The position numbers and the translations under genes are program-made. Below, in pieces: positions 13,356-25,126 of a stretch of 64,000 nucleotides of DNA. Source of the DNA: the human T2T-CHM13v2.0 reference genome, Homo sapiens; the NCBI RefSeq assembly GCF_009914755.1, contig NC_060936.1; one strand, given 5' to 3'. Position 1 is the first letter of the stretch; the number at the start of each line of letters is the position of its first letter. The notes beneath the pieces were generated by a model that ran no database searches, was not told the DNA's origin, and saw only the letters and a list, made by a program, of their open reading frames with translations.

Positions 13356-14259
13356 CTAAGACAAAGATTTTTAAAAAGGCACATTTTCAGAAATTCAATT
13401 TGTTATCAAAATCTTAACACAGTAATTTAAAACCTGCAATGCTTTGAAATGTAAGTTAAGATTTATCCATTTTAACAAGTATGCCTAATGGAATTTTATA
13501 TTTGATAAAAGTATCTAGGATTCATTGAATCAAAAAAAATTTTTTATATCACTTTAATCGAAAACAATCCAACATTTCCCTAAATCATATATGCCAACTT
13601 CCAAAAATGACAAATGATTTAGCCATGTTTGTCAGAGGCCCTCCTGGGTCCAGAAGGACAGTGATATCTGCATGGTGCATCACATCTTTAGACATTTATT
13701 AATAAGAGAGATCAAAACAATTATAACAGACTTTTAATAGACTGGCTTTCCAAAAGACAGATAAGAAGGTAAATTCTTGGTAACAAAAGGTTTATAGAAA
13801 GGTTTCCCAAATTAAGTTTCATTTTATTTTCCATGTAAGTACAAATCATTGCTTCCTTTGCAAAGAAAATGAAAAGATTTTGGCCTTAAGATATAAAAGT
13901 ACCTTTTTGAAATGTTATCATGGGTTGTGAGGATGGACCTAGATCAGTTCCCAGACAAGTTACTAGGAGTATCACAGTACAACATGTGCAGCTTATAAGG
14001 GTTCAGTTGAAAATCAATGAGATTTTCCTAGAAATGTATCAAGATTTTTAAAAATGTTAAGATACAGAAAACTGAACCCAGTTGCAAGGCAGAGGGACCC
14101 TTCAGACTATTTGAGCAATATAGGTAGATGGTGTATAGGTATGTCAGGAGGTGGAAGGGTCAGGAGAAAAATGAACAAGAAATTTTAGTAACAAAAATGC
14201 AATAACCGTAAATGAGGGTTCTGGAAAGAAAGAGCAGCTGCCACCATCAGAGTTATCAT

Positions 14260-14720
14260 CATAGCTAACACTATGTACTAGACATAGTTGCATTTTATAT
14301 ATGTTTACTCATTTAATCCTCATTATGAGATAGATACTATTATCATTATCTCCATTTTACAGATGAGAAAACTGAGGCACTGAATAGTTGAATAACTGGC
14401 CTTCCGTTATACAGCCATTTAGTGGTAGGACCGGGATTTGAACACAAGTAGCCAAGACCCAAAGTGGGTGTTCTTAACCATCACACATACCACCTTCCAA
14501 AATAGGAACTATTACTACTACTACTTGTTGAGTGCCTAAAAACTATATATATTGTCTCATTTAACTCTTACAACAATTCTCCAAAATTTATATTAAAATT
14601 GTCTACTTCATGGACAAGGAAACTAAAATACAAAAAGGTTAAATTACACATCCAAGTAGAATTAAGATATTTTGCAAGCTGGATCTGACAAATCCAAAAC
14701 CCATGCTCTTTCCACTATAC
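14260..14720 (-). mobile_element. Two adjacent MIR fragments
   Basis: ctccattttacagatgagaaaactgaggcac core, with a second copy at ~14520-14720. Confidence 0.75.
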
Positions 14721-16489
14721 CATGTTGTCTGCCATGTGTTGCTATATTGTCAAAGAAGAGCTGGGAATTAGTGATCTGAAAGCAGAATTTCTAGAGGTTT
14801 TGCTCAGAAAAATACCAACCGAGAATAGGGAGTAGCTGTTTAGATAGCTGTTCTGATGAAAATAAAAGGATAAGAAGTGTTCAGACCCAAACAAATCTTA
14901 ATGTTCTAGAAAGTAACTCAAGTTTGCCCTGGATGATAGAAGAATGCAAGTAAGTTGAGAGTCTAGAGGGAAGATTTGAAAATTTAAAAAGGAGTAGAGT
15001 GACAAGGGGAAAATAGCACTAGGAAAGGCTTCTTACTACTTTACCTTGCAAATAAGTATCAAGAGAGAGCATTTGAAGGTCAAACCCACAGGGAAAAATC
15101 TACTCTTTCAAGACAATCAATGAAAAGTTAAGACCTGTTAGATGGGGAATCCAGCTGAGGGTACTGTTTCTTCCATCATTTGTCAGGAGTCCTTCTTTAC
15201 TTGGTTTGAAAGTATTACTATAATCTACTTCTTCATAAACAATGATCACATACAGGTTTAGACTCCCTGGTCTTCTTATCTGTTTTTCTTATCAGGCTTA
15301 TAAAACAGCCAATCTTATTACTTCACACCATGAAAACATTATACAGATATATACCTCCTGACCAACCCAAATTTCCCCCTGGTCTGAAAGGGATTCAATC
15401 TCAGTTTTCAAAATACAGTATCTCTTTGAGAAAAGAGAAAGGCCAGTTATGAAATAATGATTCCTCAAAGGCCTCTCTACTGGTCCAGAGCCCTGAGCCT
15501 AGGAAATTACAAGAGCAAAATCGAAAAATTTTCTAGTAACACCAATTAGCACTGTTCAGATCTCAAGGGAAAATATATCAATCATTCAAGACCTACTCAG
15601 GATAAAAAGTTCACAGATTTTATCCATGATCATCACATACTTGGATCGTCACCTCAGTGGACGCCACAACGGTGGTACTTTTACGAGAGCATGATTGTGT
15701 ATTTGTGTATGCTCACAAGTGATCTAAAATAATCTAATTTGAAATAAATAGGCTGTGATGAGGCACTGATTAATAATTCCTAGTATGGCTATGCAGAATA
15801 TTCTTAAAAGTTTTTTAATTCCTTCTTTTTTACCAAATGGGTATTCTCTGAAACATTAGGACCCTTCCAGATAATGGATGATAGAACAAAACTGGCTAAC
15901 AAAAGCCATTTACCAAAAACTCTTGGTTCAGAGTAAAACATCTAACAAGAGTTGGATTCGAGTTTCGGTGAATGGCAAAGGCAATGTGTTTTTCAGATAA
16001 GGCCCCTCTGGGTTTTGCCCTAATGTTAAAATAAAGAAAAAAAAAAAGAGGAAGAGAAGGTAAAGGGAAGAAAGGATTAATGAAATTTAAAGAAATTGAA
16101 AATTTTCAATTTAAAGGAAATTTAAATTGCAAAAAGGAAATAATCAGATGATAAAAGAGAAGGATGTGGCAATTATAAAAACCATAATCCGGGTAGAGTC
16201 CACTTTGTTTAGAATGGTGAACAAGACCTAGGTTGAAGTGTTACCATGTAAATTACTTCATCTCTCCAAACCTATCTTATCTGTATAATGAGAATATTAT
16301 TTTCCCTATAAACCTTATAATATAGTTTATAAACCAAAAGAGATAACATATTTTTAAAATGCATTGTAAACTTTAAATATTAAAATGTAGAATAGAATTA
16401 TTTTTAAAGAAAGCTGTATTAGAAACCAAAGATAACTTTCAGAAATCAGAATGAAGCCCTGACTATAATGCATAATTTTAACATAACAT

Positions 16490-16985
16490 AAATGTATTAC
16501 TGGTTGAGAGCTTAGGCTTTGGATCAGAAAAACCTGCGTTCAAACACTGGCTGCATTTCTTAGTAGCTGTGATGTTACGGTCAATCTACTCTATCTCTCT
16601 AAGGCTGTAACTCCATATATATAGTAGCAACAGTAATCTAGGGCTTAGTAAGATAACGGGGATGAAGTATTTTGCACAATGCCTGGCACACAGTAAATAA
16701 TCCATTAAGTGATAGGATTTAGGATGACAATACCAATGCGCTGTTGTGTAAAAGGCTCTGGAGTCAAAGTCCTGAGTCTCAGTCTCAGTTTCAGTCACTC
16801 AGTAACACGTGGCCTTCGACAAGTTGTTTAGTTTTACAGAGCATGATTTCTCAACTATAAAATGCGAGTGATATTATCAATTCAGAGGATTATTGTGAGA
16901 ATTCATTAAATCGTATTTTTGAGGTGAAAGTGTTTAGAACAGTGACCGCTTTACCTTATGTCTCAATAAATGCTAATTACCATTT
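16490..16985 (+). mobile_element. Two tandem MIR copies
   Basis: ggctttggatcagaaaaacctgcgttcaa and ggctctggagtcaaagtcctgagt starts, each with a MIR-type 3' end. Confidence 0.7.
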
Positions 16986-18808
16986 TTATTTCCTTTATTG
17001 TTTAAATACATAAAAGTTTATAATTAACAAGAAGATTCTGTCCTATTCAGAAGGAAAAAAGAAAGCTAAAATTAAAAGTTATCTATAAAAATAAAAATCC
17101 TACATCAAAAAATTTAGGAGAAATGGCATAGAATGGGAAAACTATGATCAGCATCAAAAGAGTATACATATAACAATGAAAAAATACTAAAATTATGGTA
17201 TTAAAAATCGTAAGAAAGTTGCAACTTCTTGCCAATAGAAACCGCAACACAAAGCAACAGAGGTGAACAAAGGACTTTGAATATGGTCTCCTTAAAAAGA
17301 CACTTTTTGTAATTTAATTGATCTATTCAACATTACCAAAAACAAGTATTTCTCTTTAAAACATATAGCAACTTTTCACTTTCAAATGTAAGTGAATACT
17401 ATATGTTATTTCTTATTTTCATGTCATTTAAAAACATCTTGTTTGTAAAAACTAACATCCTCTTGTTTAACCTTGGATTGTTTTTCCATTTTATTATTTC
17501 AGGTTTGCTTTGCAGTATTCAGACAATTTTAAGAATAACCACCAGATGGCTCATCTCATAAATGATCTAACTGTTGGTTTTCTGTGGAAGAGAAGAGCAT
17601 TGTCATAAATTTCCTTTTAGCATGATATGATGATAAAGATAGCCATATCTGTCATGTTTTAAAGACTGGGTGCATTCTTATTAAAATTTCTGCATTTTTG
17701 TAACCTGTAAACATGGAAATTTTTATTGTGATAAATATTAATAAGATACTTTTCCAATTAATAAAATGTTTTCCTGATTAGTCCTTTCAACAACTGCATA
17801 TATATTTTCATTGAAAAAATATGTATTTTTCTTCCCTTTGCTATTTACAGCAATTGTTACTTTTTATCCTTCAGTCTGAATTTCAAAGTCCGGCAAAGTC
17901 TGCATCCATTTGAACAATATGCTAATTGTGCTTTATTAGATATGCTTGCCCTAAAGTAACCTACTTGCATTGATATTGGACAACTGCCAACCTGCAGCTT
18001 AATGCCGTGATTGTAATTCAATTGTTGGACTGTCTGCTGGTTTTCAAATATAGTTTTACAAAATGGGAACAGTAGGGGGCATGCAGAGATCAACATGTTT
18101 GTTATCATACTGTATTAGGGGACCATATTTTACTTTCTAGAATCTGTGGTCCTATCTGTTTAGAATACTGACACTGGTTTTCTTTTTAAAATATGTCCAT
18201 TATGTGTAATATAGATATTGTGTACTTACAAATACATTAACTGTCAGAATCATACTGCTGCTGTGTTTTATTCAACTTATTCTGGGCATATGTGTTTGTG
18301 TTTGTATATATATATATCAAAAAATTTTAACTTAATATGTGACAAGCAACTGTATATGCTATATTTCACATTTTGATTCACAAGAGTACTTAACCATGAA
18401 AGTGCTAAGTAAATGGTAAAGCATTATGCAAATGATAGGCATATCATTGTTTTAGCATTCAAAATTGTATTAAGAAACATTGTAATTCTCATTACACATA
18501 TGAATTCTGTTCTATCTTTAAATATTCAATGGCTATAAAATGGCTGATTATATAAGACAGGCAAAAATATTTCAGCTACTTCCTTTATGTAGGATTTTCC
18601 CATTAACAAAGTATCTTTACAAATGCCCAACTTAGTCCCTGCATATCATATCCAAACACCAAAGAATTTTTCAAATTTCTCCTTTTAGGAAATTCAGCAA
18701 TGGAAAGGCCTTTGGGCAAGGTAAAGATAAAAAAATCACATTTTCAATATGGCTTTGCCTTGTAAAACTAGAAAAATTACATCATGAGCAAACATTTGGC
18801 AAGTGCAC

Positions 18809-18965
18809 CTGTTCATTGACCCTGGAATGTGATGGTCCATGATGAATAAGAATCTTCACAATTTCCACATCTCCTTTCCAGGCAGCCAGGTGAATAGGAA
18901 AATACCCTTTGTTGTCTGCTACATTTGTTGATGCCTCATACTGAAGTAGTTTGAGAACTATGTCC
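18809..18965 (-). CDS. ANKS1B: ANKS1B coding exon (probably exon 3), 157 nt: (K)[52 protein letters not shown]
   Basis: Acceptor ttttttcctttttag|G and donor CAG|gtgcac. Ankyrin motif [12 protein letters not shown] lies in ORF 18782..19006. Phase 2 in and phase 0 out match the neighbouring exons. Confidence 0.96.
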
Positions 18966-19164
18966 CTAAAAAGGAAAAAACAACAACAACAAAATAGGCT
19001 GAGCAAGACAAACTGTATTAAATAGGTAATTTTAAAAGAATACTAGATGCTGGGTGGGAATTTAGAGTAATCATTCAAGGTACTAAGATATAAAGTTGGG
19101 TTTCAAAGTTTTTGCCTACTCAACATTTGGCTATTTTACTTACCTGGAAAACCATCACCCCATG

Positions 19165-19165
<1 letters not shown>

Positions 19166-19223
<58 letters not shown>

Positions 19224-19236
19224 AAGAGAGTGAGAG
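19166..19236. repeat. Compound (CA)22(GA)n microsatellite; reads (UC)n(UG)22 on the ANKS1B pre-mRNA
   Basis: Seen directly. Confidence 0.98.
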
Positions 19237-20538
19237 CACACATTGACTAACCAATTAAACTACTTAATAGAATTCATATAAGCAAAACTTAACTTATTTC
19301 ATTAATTAGATGAGCTAAGTAAAATGAAGAGGATACCAACTCCCATTTTTTTTTTAAAAAAAAGAGCTCTTTCCAGATAGCCCATATCTGAGATTTAGTT
19401 TGAAGGAAAAGTTGAAGTTACAAGTATATTCCTTGTTTACACACACACAAAAAGTTATCATAATACCAAGGAGGCATTTATAAAATTTACACATCATTCC
19501 TACAGATAATTGGAATAAGAGATTTAAGGGGTATGTAAAAGAGAAAGAAAGTGCAGTATGTAAGGGACCCTTGACAAGCTAACTGTAGTACTAGCCCAGG
19601 GTTAAAAAATAATAATAAAAAAATTTTAATAACTTCTCAGTGATGGCACACAACACACTTTGAGTATTCCTTGTTCCTACTTCTGTATTCCTTCACCTTT
19701 CTTCTCCAAGCATAAAAAATTATTTCAAAAGGGAAACTCATTTAAAAGACAAGTTCCACCATTAATGCAATTTCAACACATATTCAATATATCCTACCTC
19801 AAAAATTTTGAACTTAATCCCCACCAGGTTTTCAAAGTAAAAATCCTGACCTGCATTACTCAACCTTAGAAAGAATTAATTAATAATTATTAGCATAAAT
19901 TATATCAAAATATATGTCAACAATCAAAAGCAGTAATTCTAAACAAAACTGTATTTTCATTTGGATGCATTTAAGAAGCAAATTCTATTAACTCACTAAA
20001 TGAAATGCTAGTCAGACACACATAAATAAAAATATATATATAATTACAATATATAATAAAGTTGTTTCTTACATACAACAAATCACTAATGGGGAGGGTG
20101 AACATAACAGATTTACATTTAAACATTTCATAAAATCAGACTCTAGATGCAAGTAACAAATGAAAACATTTGGAGGAAATTTTAATAGAAGGAAGATTAG
20201 AATTTTGATAGCTCACAAGAAAAACAGATATGATATGATACAAAATTATGGTAAATGGTAAAACATACTGTCCAGAATGTGTCCTAAAGTCACAACATTT
20301 GACTTAATTGCTAAATGTAAGAAATCATGATTTTAAAAAAACAAGAATATGTTGTAGAAATATTTAGAATCCAAGGAGTCCTAAATTGTCTAATGATATA
20401 ATTTCTGAGAAATTAAGAATTAAATTTTAACATTTCTCTTTGAAAAACCAGCATTATTTTACGAAATCTGAATTTAGAAGACTTGGATTTGTGTCCCAGC
20501 TATGCAAACTACCTGAGGCTGTGATTCCGGAGAAATGA

Positions 20539-20896
20539 TAATCACACACCACATAATGATAATTCGATCAACAACAGACCATCCGCATATATAATGGTTG
20601 TTCAAAAAGATTATCATACCTCATTTTTACTGTACCTTTTCTATGTTTTGATATGTTTAGATACATAAATACTTTCTGTATCTATTGTGTTAAAATTGCC
20701 TACAGTATTCAGTACAGTAACATACTGTGCAGGCATGTAACTCGGGAGCAACGGGTCATACCATGTAGCCTAGGTGTGTGATAGGCTATATCACTTAGAT
20801 TTGTGTAAGTGCACTCTATGATGTTCACACAATGATGAAATCACGTAATTAGACATTTCTCAGAATGTATCCCTGTCATTAAGAAACACATGACTG
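20539..20896 (+). mobile_element. Tigger3a/MER7A DNA transposon inserted in a MIR
   Basis: ttgcctacagtattcagtacagtaacat internal motif, terminus ..catgactg followed by TA, MIR halves on either side. Confidence 0.88.
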
Positions 20897-22129
20897 TACT
20901 TAGTCTCATTTTCTTTTTCTTCAGGAGATACTATAATGATAATGTCTACTCAAAACTGGTAATAGCATTAAATAAGATCATAAAAAAGAATTCACTCAAT
21001 AAATAGTAAAGCACTATACCAATATTAGCACTTGTCCCAAGTAAAAATAAAATACTTTAGAAGTGAAATGAAATGCTTATAGAAAGTCACCTTCGAAAAA
21101 CAGAATCAGAAAATCAGAAGGAAACTTAAAGGTTATCCAGTTCACACGCTTCTCCCCATTTCCCTGCCAAGCAAGGGTTGTTATATAGGGTCTTCCATTC
21201 TGACATAAATAAATACATAACTTCAGTGAGGTAATGAGAATTCAATACCTATGAATAACAAAAGCAGATAAGGAAAGATCTGAAGTCCCAACTCTCTACT
21301 ATTTACAAACCTGGTTACCTTGAGGAAATTAAGTAACCTCTGTCTCTCTTTCAGATATTGTGAAAATAGAATTTAGAGATTACATCTTGGTGCTAGTTTC
21401 AAACAGTTATGGTGTGAATCAAATGAGAAACAGATGTAATTGTAAAATTATATATACAATCAAAAGTTGTTCTCAAGGCAGATTGTTGCAATGTTAAACA
21501 ATTCCAGTGATTGCTTTTTAAATAAAATATTTCAGCATTTAAAAGGCAAAATAATAGCAAAAGAAGTTAGTCAAATTAAATACCTGGATCTAAAATGTAG
21601 AATTTAGCCTACTACAAAATAGACTTCTCCAAGTTACTGTCAAAGACAACTGTGAGAAGAGAAAAATTTCATTTCTTAATACCTAAGGAAATAAAAAATA
21701 TATTCTGAAACAACTTCTCCTATAAAGCATTTCCTTTCAAGGGGTAAAGACGAAAAAAAGATTGATGGGATCATCAATTCTATTTCCTTTTACTCTTGCT
21801 CCAATCACTTAGAATTTCATTTGTTCTTTGGCTCAAATTTTATTGACATTTTCTAATAATGTAAGTGATATACATTCATTCTTCATTTATCAGGAAGATT
21901 TATGACAAGTGAAAAAACGTCTATTTTGAAAACTGACTTACTAATCATTTGTATTTTCTAGTATTACCACCATCTAATATCTAAATCAGAAAAGAATAAT
22001 CTGTAAGTTTGTAAAATTGCCTTTGGAAAACACTAAGATCCTAACTACACATTATTTACACATTATTTTTAAGTTTTGAAAAATGTATTTATTTTAATAA
22101 ATAAATATTTTGTTAAATGTGCTTATTTT

Positions 22130-23159
22130 TTTCTTTTTTAATTTTATTTCAATAGTTTTTGGGACACAGGTGGTTTTTGGTTCCATGGATGGGTAACACT
22201 TTAGTGGTAAATTCTGAGATTTTAGTGCACTCATCATCCAAGTAGTGCACAATGTTTCCAGCGTGTTGTGTTTTATCCTTCACTCCCCTCCAAACCTCCC
22301 TCCACCAGTCCCCACAGTCCATTATATCACTCTGTATGTTTTGGCATCCACATAGCTTAGCTCCCACTTAGAAGTGAGAACGCATGGTATTTGGTTTTCC
22401 ATTCCCTAGTCACTTCACTTAGAATAACGGCTTCCAGTTCCATCCAAGTTGCCACAAAAGACATTATTTCCTTCTTTTTATGGCTGAGTAGTATTCCATG
22501 GTGTATATATATACCACATTTTATTTATCCACTCATTGGCACTTAGGTTGGTTCCATATCCTTGCAAATGCAAATTGTGCTACTATACACATGTGTGCAT
22601 GTGTCTTTTTCATATAATGACTTCTTTTCCTTCGGGTAGATACCCAGTAGTGGGACTGACGGATCTAATGATAGATCTGCTTTTAGTTCTTTAAGGAATC
22701 TCCATACTGTTTTCTATAGCAGTTGTGCTAAGTTACAGTCCCACCAGCAGCGTAAAAGTGTTCCCTTTTCACCACATTCCCACCAACTTCTATTGTTTTC
22801 TTTTTTTACTTTTTAATTATGGCCATTCTTGCAGGAGTAAAGTGGTAGCTCATTGTGGTTTTAATTTTTATTTCCCTGATGATTAGTGACGTTGAGCACT
22901 GTTTCACATGTTTGTTGGCTGTCTGCATATCTTCTTTTGAGAAATGTCTATTCATCCCCTTTGCCTACTTTTTGATGGGATTATTTGTTTTTTTTCTTGC
23001 TTATTTGTTTAAGTTCTTTGTAGATTCTGGATACTAGCCCTAATTTGCAAATATTTTCTCCCACTCTGTGGGTTGTCTGTTTACTCTGCTGATTATTTCT
23101 TTTGCTGTGCAGAAGCTTTTTGGTTTAATTAGGTCCCATTTATTTATTTTCGTTTTTGT
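22130..23159 (-). mobile_element. 5'-truncated L1PB1-like element with 17-bp TSD
   Basis: L1PB-type 3'UTR. TSD ttaaatgtgcttatttt at 22113-22129 and 23160-23176, followed by aaaa (L1 endonuclease TTTT/A site). Confidence 0.92.
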
Positions 23160-23542
23160 TTAAATGTGCTTATTTTAAAATTAAAATTAAAATTAAAATT
23201 TATTTTCAAATTTTTGTTTAAATCGAGCTTTACATCTTATTCAAAGATACCAGCTAATGAATTGGTTGAGCTCAGATTTCTAGTGTTAAAACATATTTGT
23301 GAAATATAAAGTTGTATCCCTGATCAAATAAGTATCTGTCAGTTTTACTAAGTTATAAGTAGAATAAAGTATTAATCAGCAAATTATGATTAATCATTCT
23401 TATGATATATCCATATATATCCAAAGTAATATGAACTAAATAGGCCATTTTCATCCAGGCTCATTAGAACAATTTAAATTTCATATATAATATCTAAATT
23501 AGAAGAGCAGTTAATATAGTGTAGTACCAACTTAGTATTTTT

Positions 23543-24856
23543 ATTGATACATAATAGTTGTATATATTTTGGGGATGCATGTAATATTTTTATATATGCA
23601 TACAATGTGTAATGACTAAATCAGGATAATTGGGGTATCCATTACCTCAAAGGTTTATCTTTTTTTTGTGTTGGGAACATCACAATTCCTCTCTTCTAGC
23701 TATTTTGAACTATACAATATTGGTAACTTTAGTCAGTCTACTGTACTATCAAACACTAGATCTTATTCCTTCTAACTGTATTTTTGTATTTTAATCAAAT
23801 CTCTTCTCCCCCACCCCCCTTTCCTTCAAAGCCTCCTATAAATACCAATTAACTTTCTACTTCCATGAGATCCCCTTTTTTTTAGCTCCCACATATGAGT
23901 GAGAGCATGTGATGTCTGTCTTCCTGTGCCTGGCTCATTTCACTTTACAAAATGATCTCATGTCCATCCATGTTGCTGCAAGTGACAGGATTTCATTCTT
24001 TTTTATGGTTGAATAATATTCTATTGTGTATATGTGCCACATTTACTTTATCTGTTCACTTGTTAATAAGTAGGTTGATCCCATATCTTAGCTATTGGGA
24101 ATAGTGCTGCAATAAACTGGGGAATGCAGATATCACTTTGATACCCTGATTTCCTTTTTTTTTTGGATATGTACCCAGCAGGGGCATTGTGAAATCATAT
24201 AGTAATTCTATTTTTAGTTTTTTAAGGAACCTCCATACTTGTCGTCCATTGTCATTGTACTAATTTACATTCCCATCAATGGTGTACCTGCATTCCCCTT
24301 CCTCTGCATCCTTGCCAGTAGCTATTATATTTGTCTTTTCAGTAAAAATCGTTTTAACTGAGGTGAGATGATACTGTGATTTTGATTTGCATTTCCCTGA
24401 TGATTAGTGAGGTTAAGCATTTTTTCATATGCCTGTTGGTCATTTGTAAGTCTTCTTTCGAGAAATGTCTATAATCGTTTGCCCATTTTTAATGAAATTA
24501 TTTGGTTTTTTGCTATTGGGTTTTTTAGTTCCTTATATGTTCTGGCTATTAATCTGTTGCTAGATAGATAGTCTGCAAATATTTTTTTCCCATTCTGTCA
24601 GTTGTTGAAGCTGGGAAAACTGGATAACCATATTCAGCAGAATGAAACTAGACCTCTGTGTCTCAACAAATACAAAAATTCAGTGAAAATGGATTAAATA
24701 TTTACATCTAAGACCTAAAACTATGAAACTAGTAGGGGAAAACACCTCAGGACATTGGTCTGGACAAATAATATTTGGGTAAGACCTCAAAAACATAGGC
24801 AACAAATGCAAAAATAGACAAATGGGATTACATCAAGCTTAAAAGCTTCTACACAG
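23543..24856 (-). mobile_element. L1MA-type element with 5' inversion (~24609-24856 lies on +)
   Basis: Antisense 3'UTR/ORF2 to ~24606, then sense ORF2 sequence gctgggaaaactggata...aaaagcttctacacag. Shared flanks agtattt. Confidence 0.88.
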
Positions 24857-24959
24857 TATTTCTTTAAATATTATTTAGGTTGAGCCTTATAGCTTACTTT
24901 AAGGTATCCACAAAGGAACACATCGCCTGTGCTTGGTCAACTGGCATGAAATATTCAGT

Positions 24960-25126
24960 CATTGATTGATGAGCATTTGGGTTGGTTCCACCATTTTGCA
25001 GCTGTGAATTTTGCTGCTATAAACATGCGTGTTCAAGTACATTTACTAATGTAACCAAATATCACCTGGACCACAATAACTTATTGAAAAATTAATGTTA
25101 AAAAATTCATTGGGACTGTGAAAAAA
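24960..25126 (+). mobile_element. Very short L1PB/MA-type insertion with inverted 5' half
   Basis: Antisense ORF2-end piece (24960-25039) plus sense extreme 3' end (atgtaaccaaatatcacctg..). TSD gaaatatt(c/a)agt. Confidence 0.7.

Noticed and set aside
15640-15690. Small CpG cluster as a promoter or CpG island
   Set aside because: Only four CpGs in ~45 bp, far below island scale.
17857-18108. 83-aa minus ORF as an extra ANKS1B exon
   Set aside because: No ankyrin similarity, no convincing acceptor, and exons 3 and 4 already join in frame.
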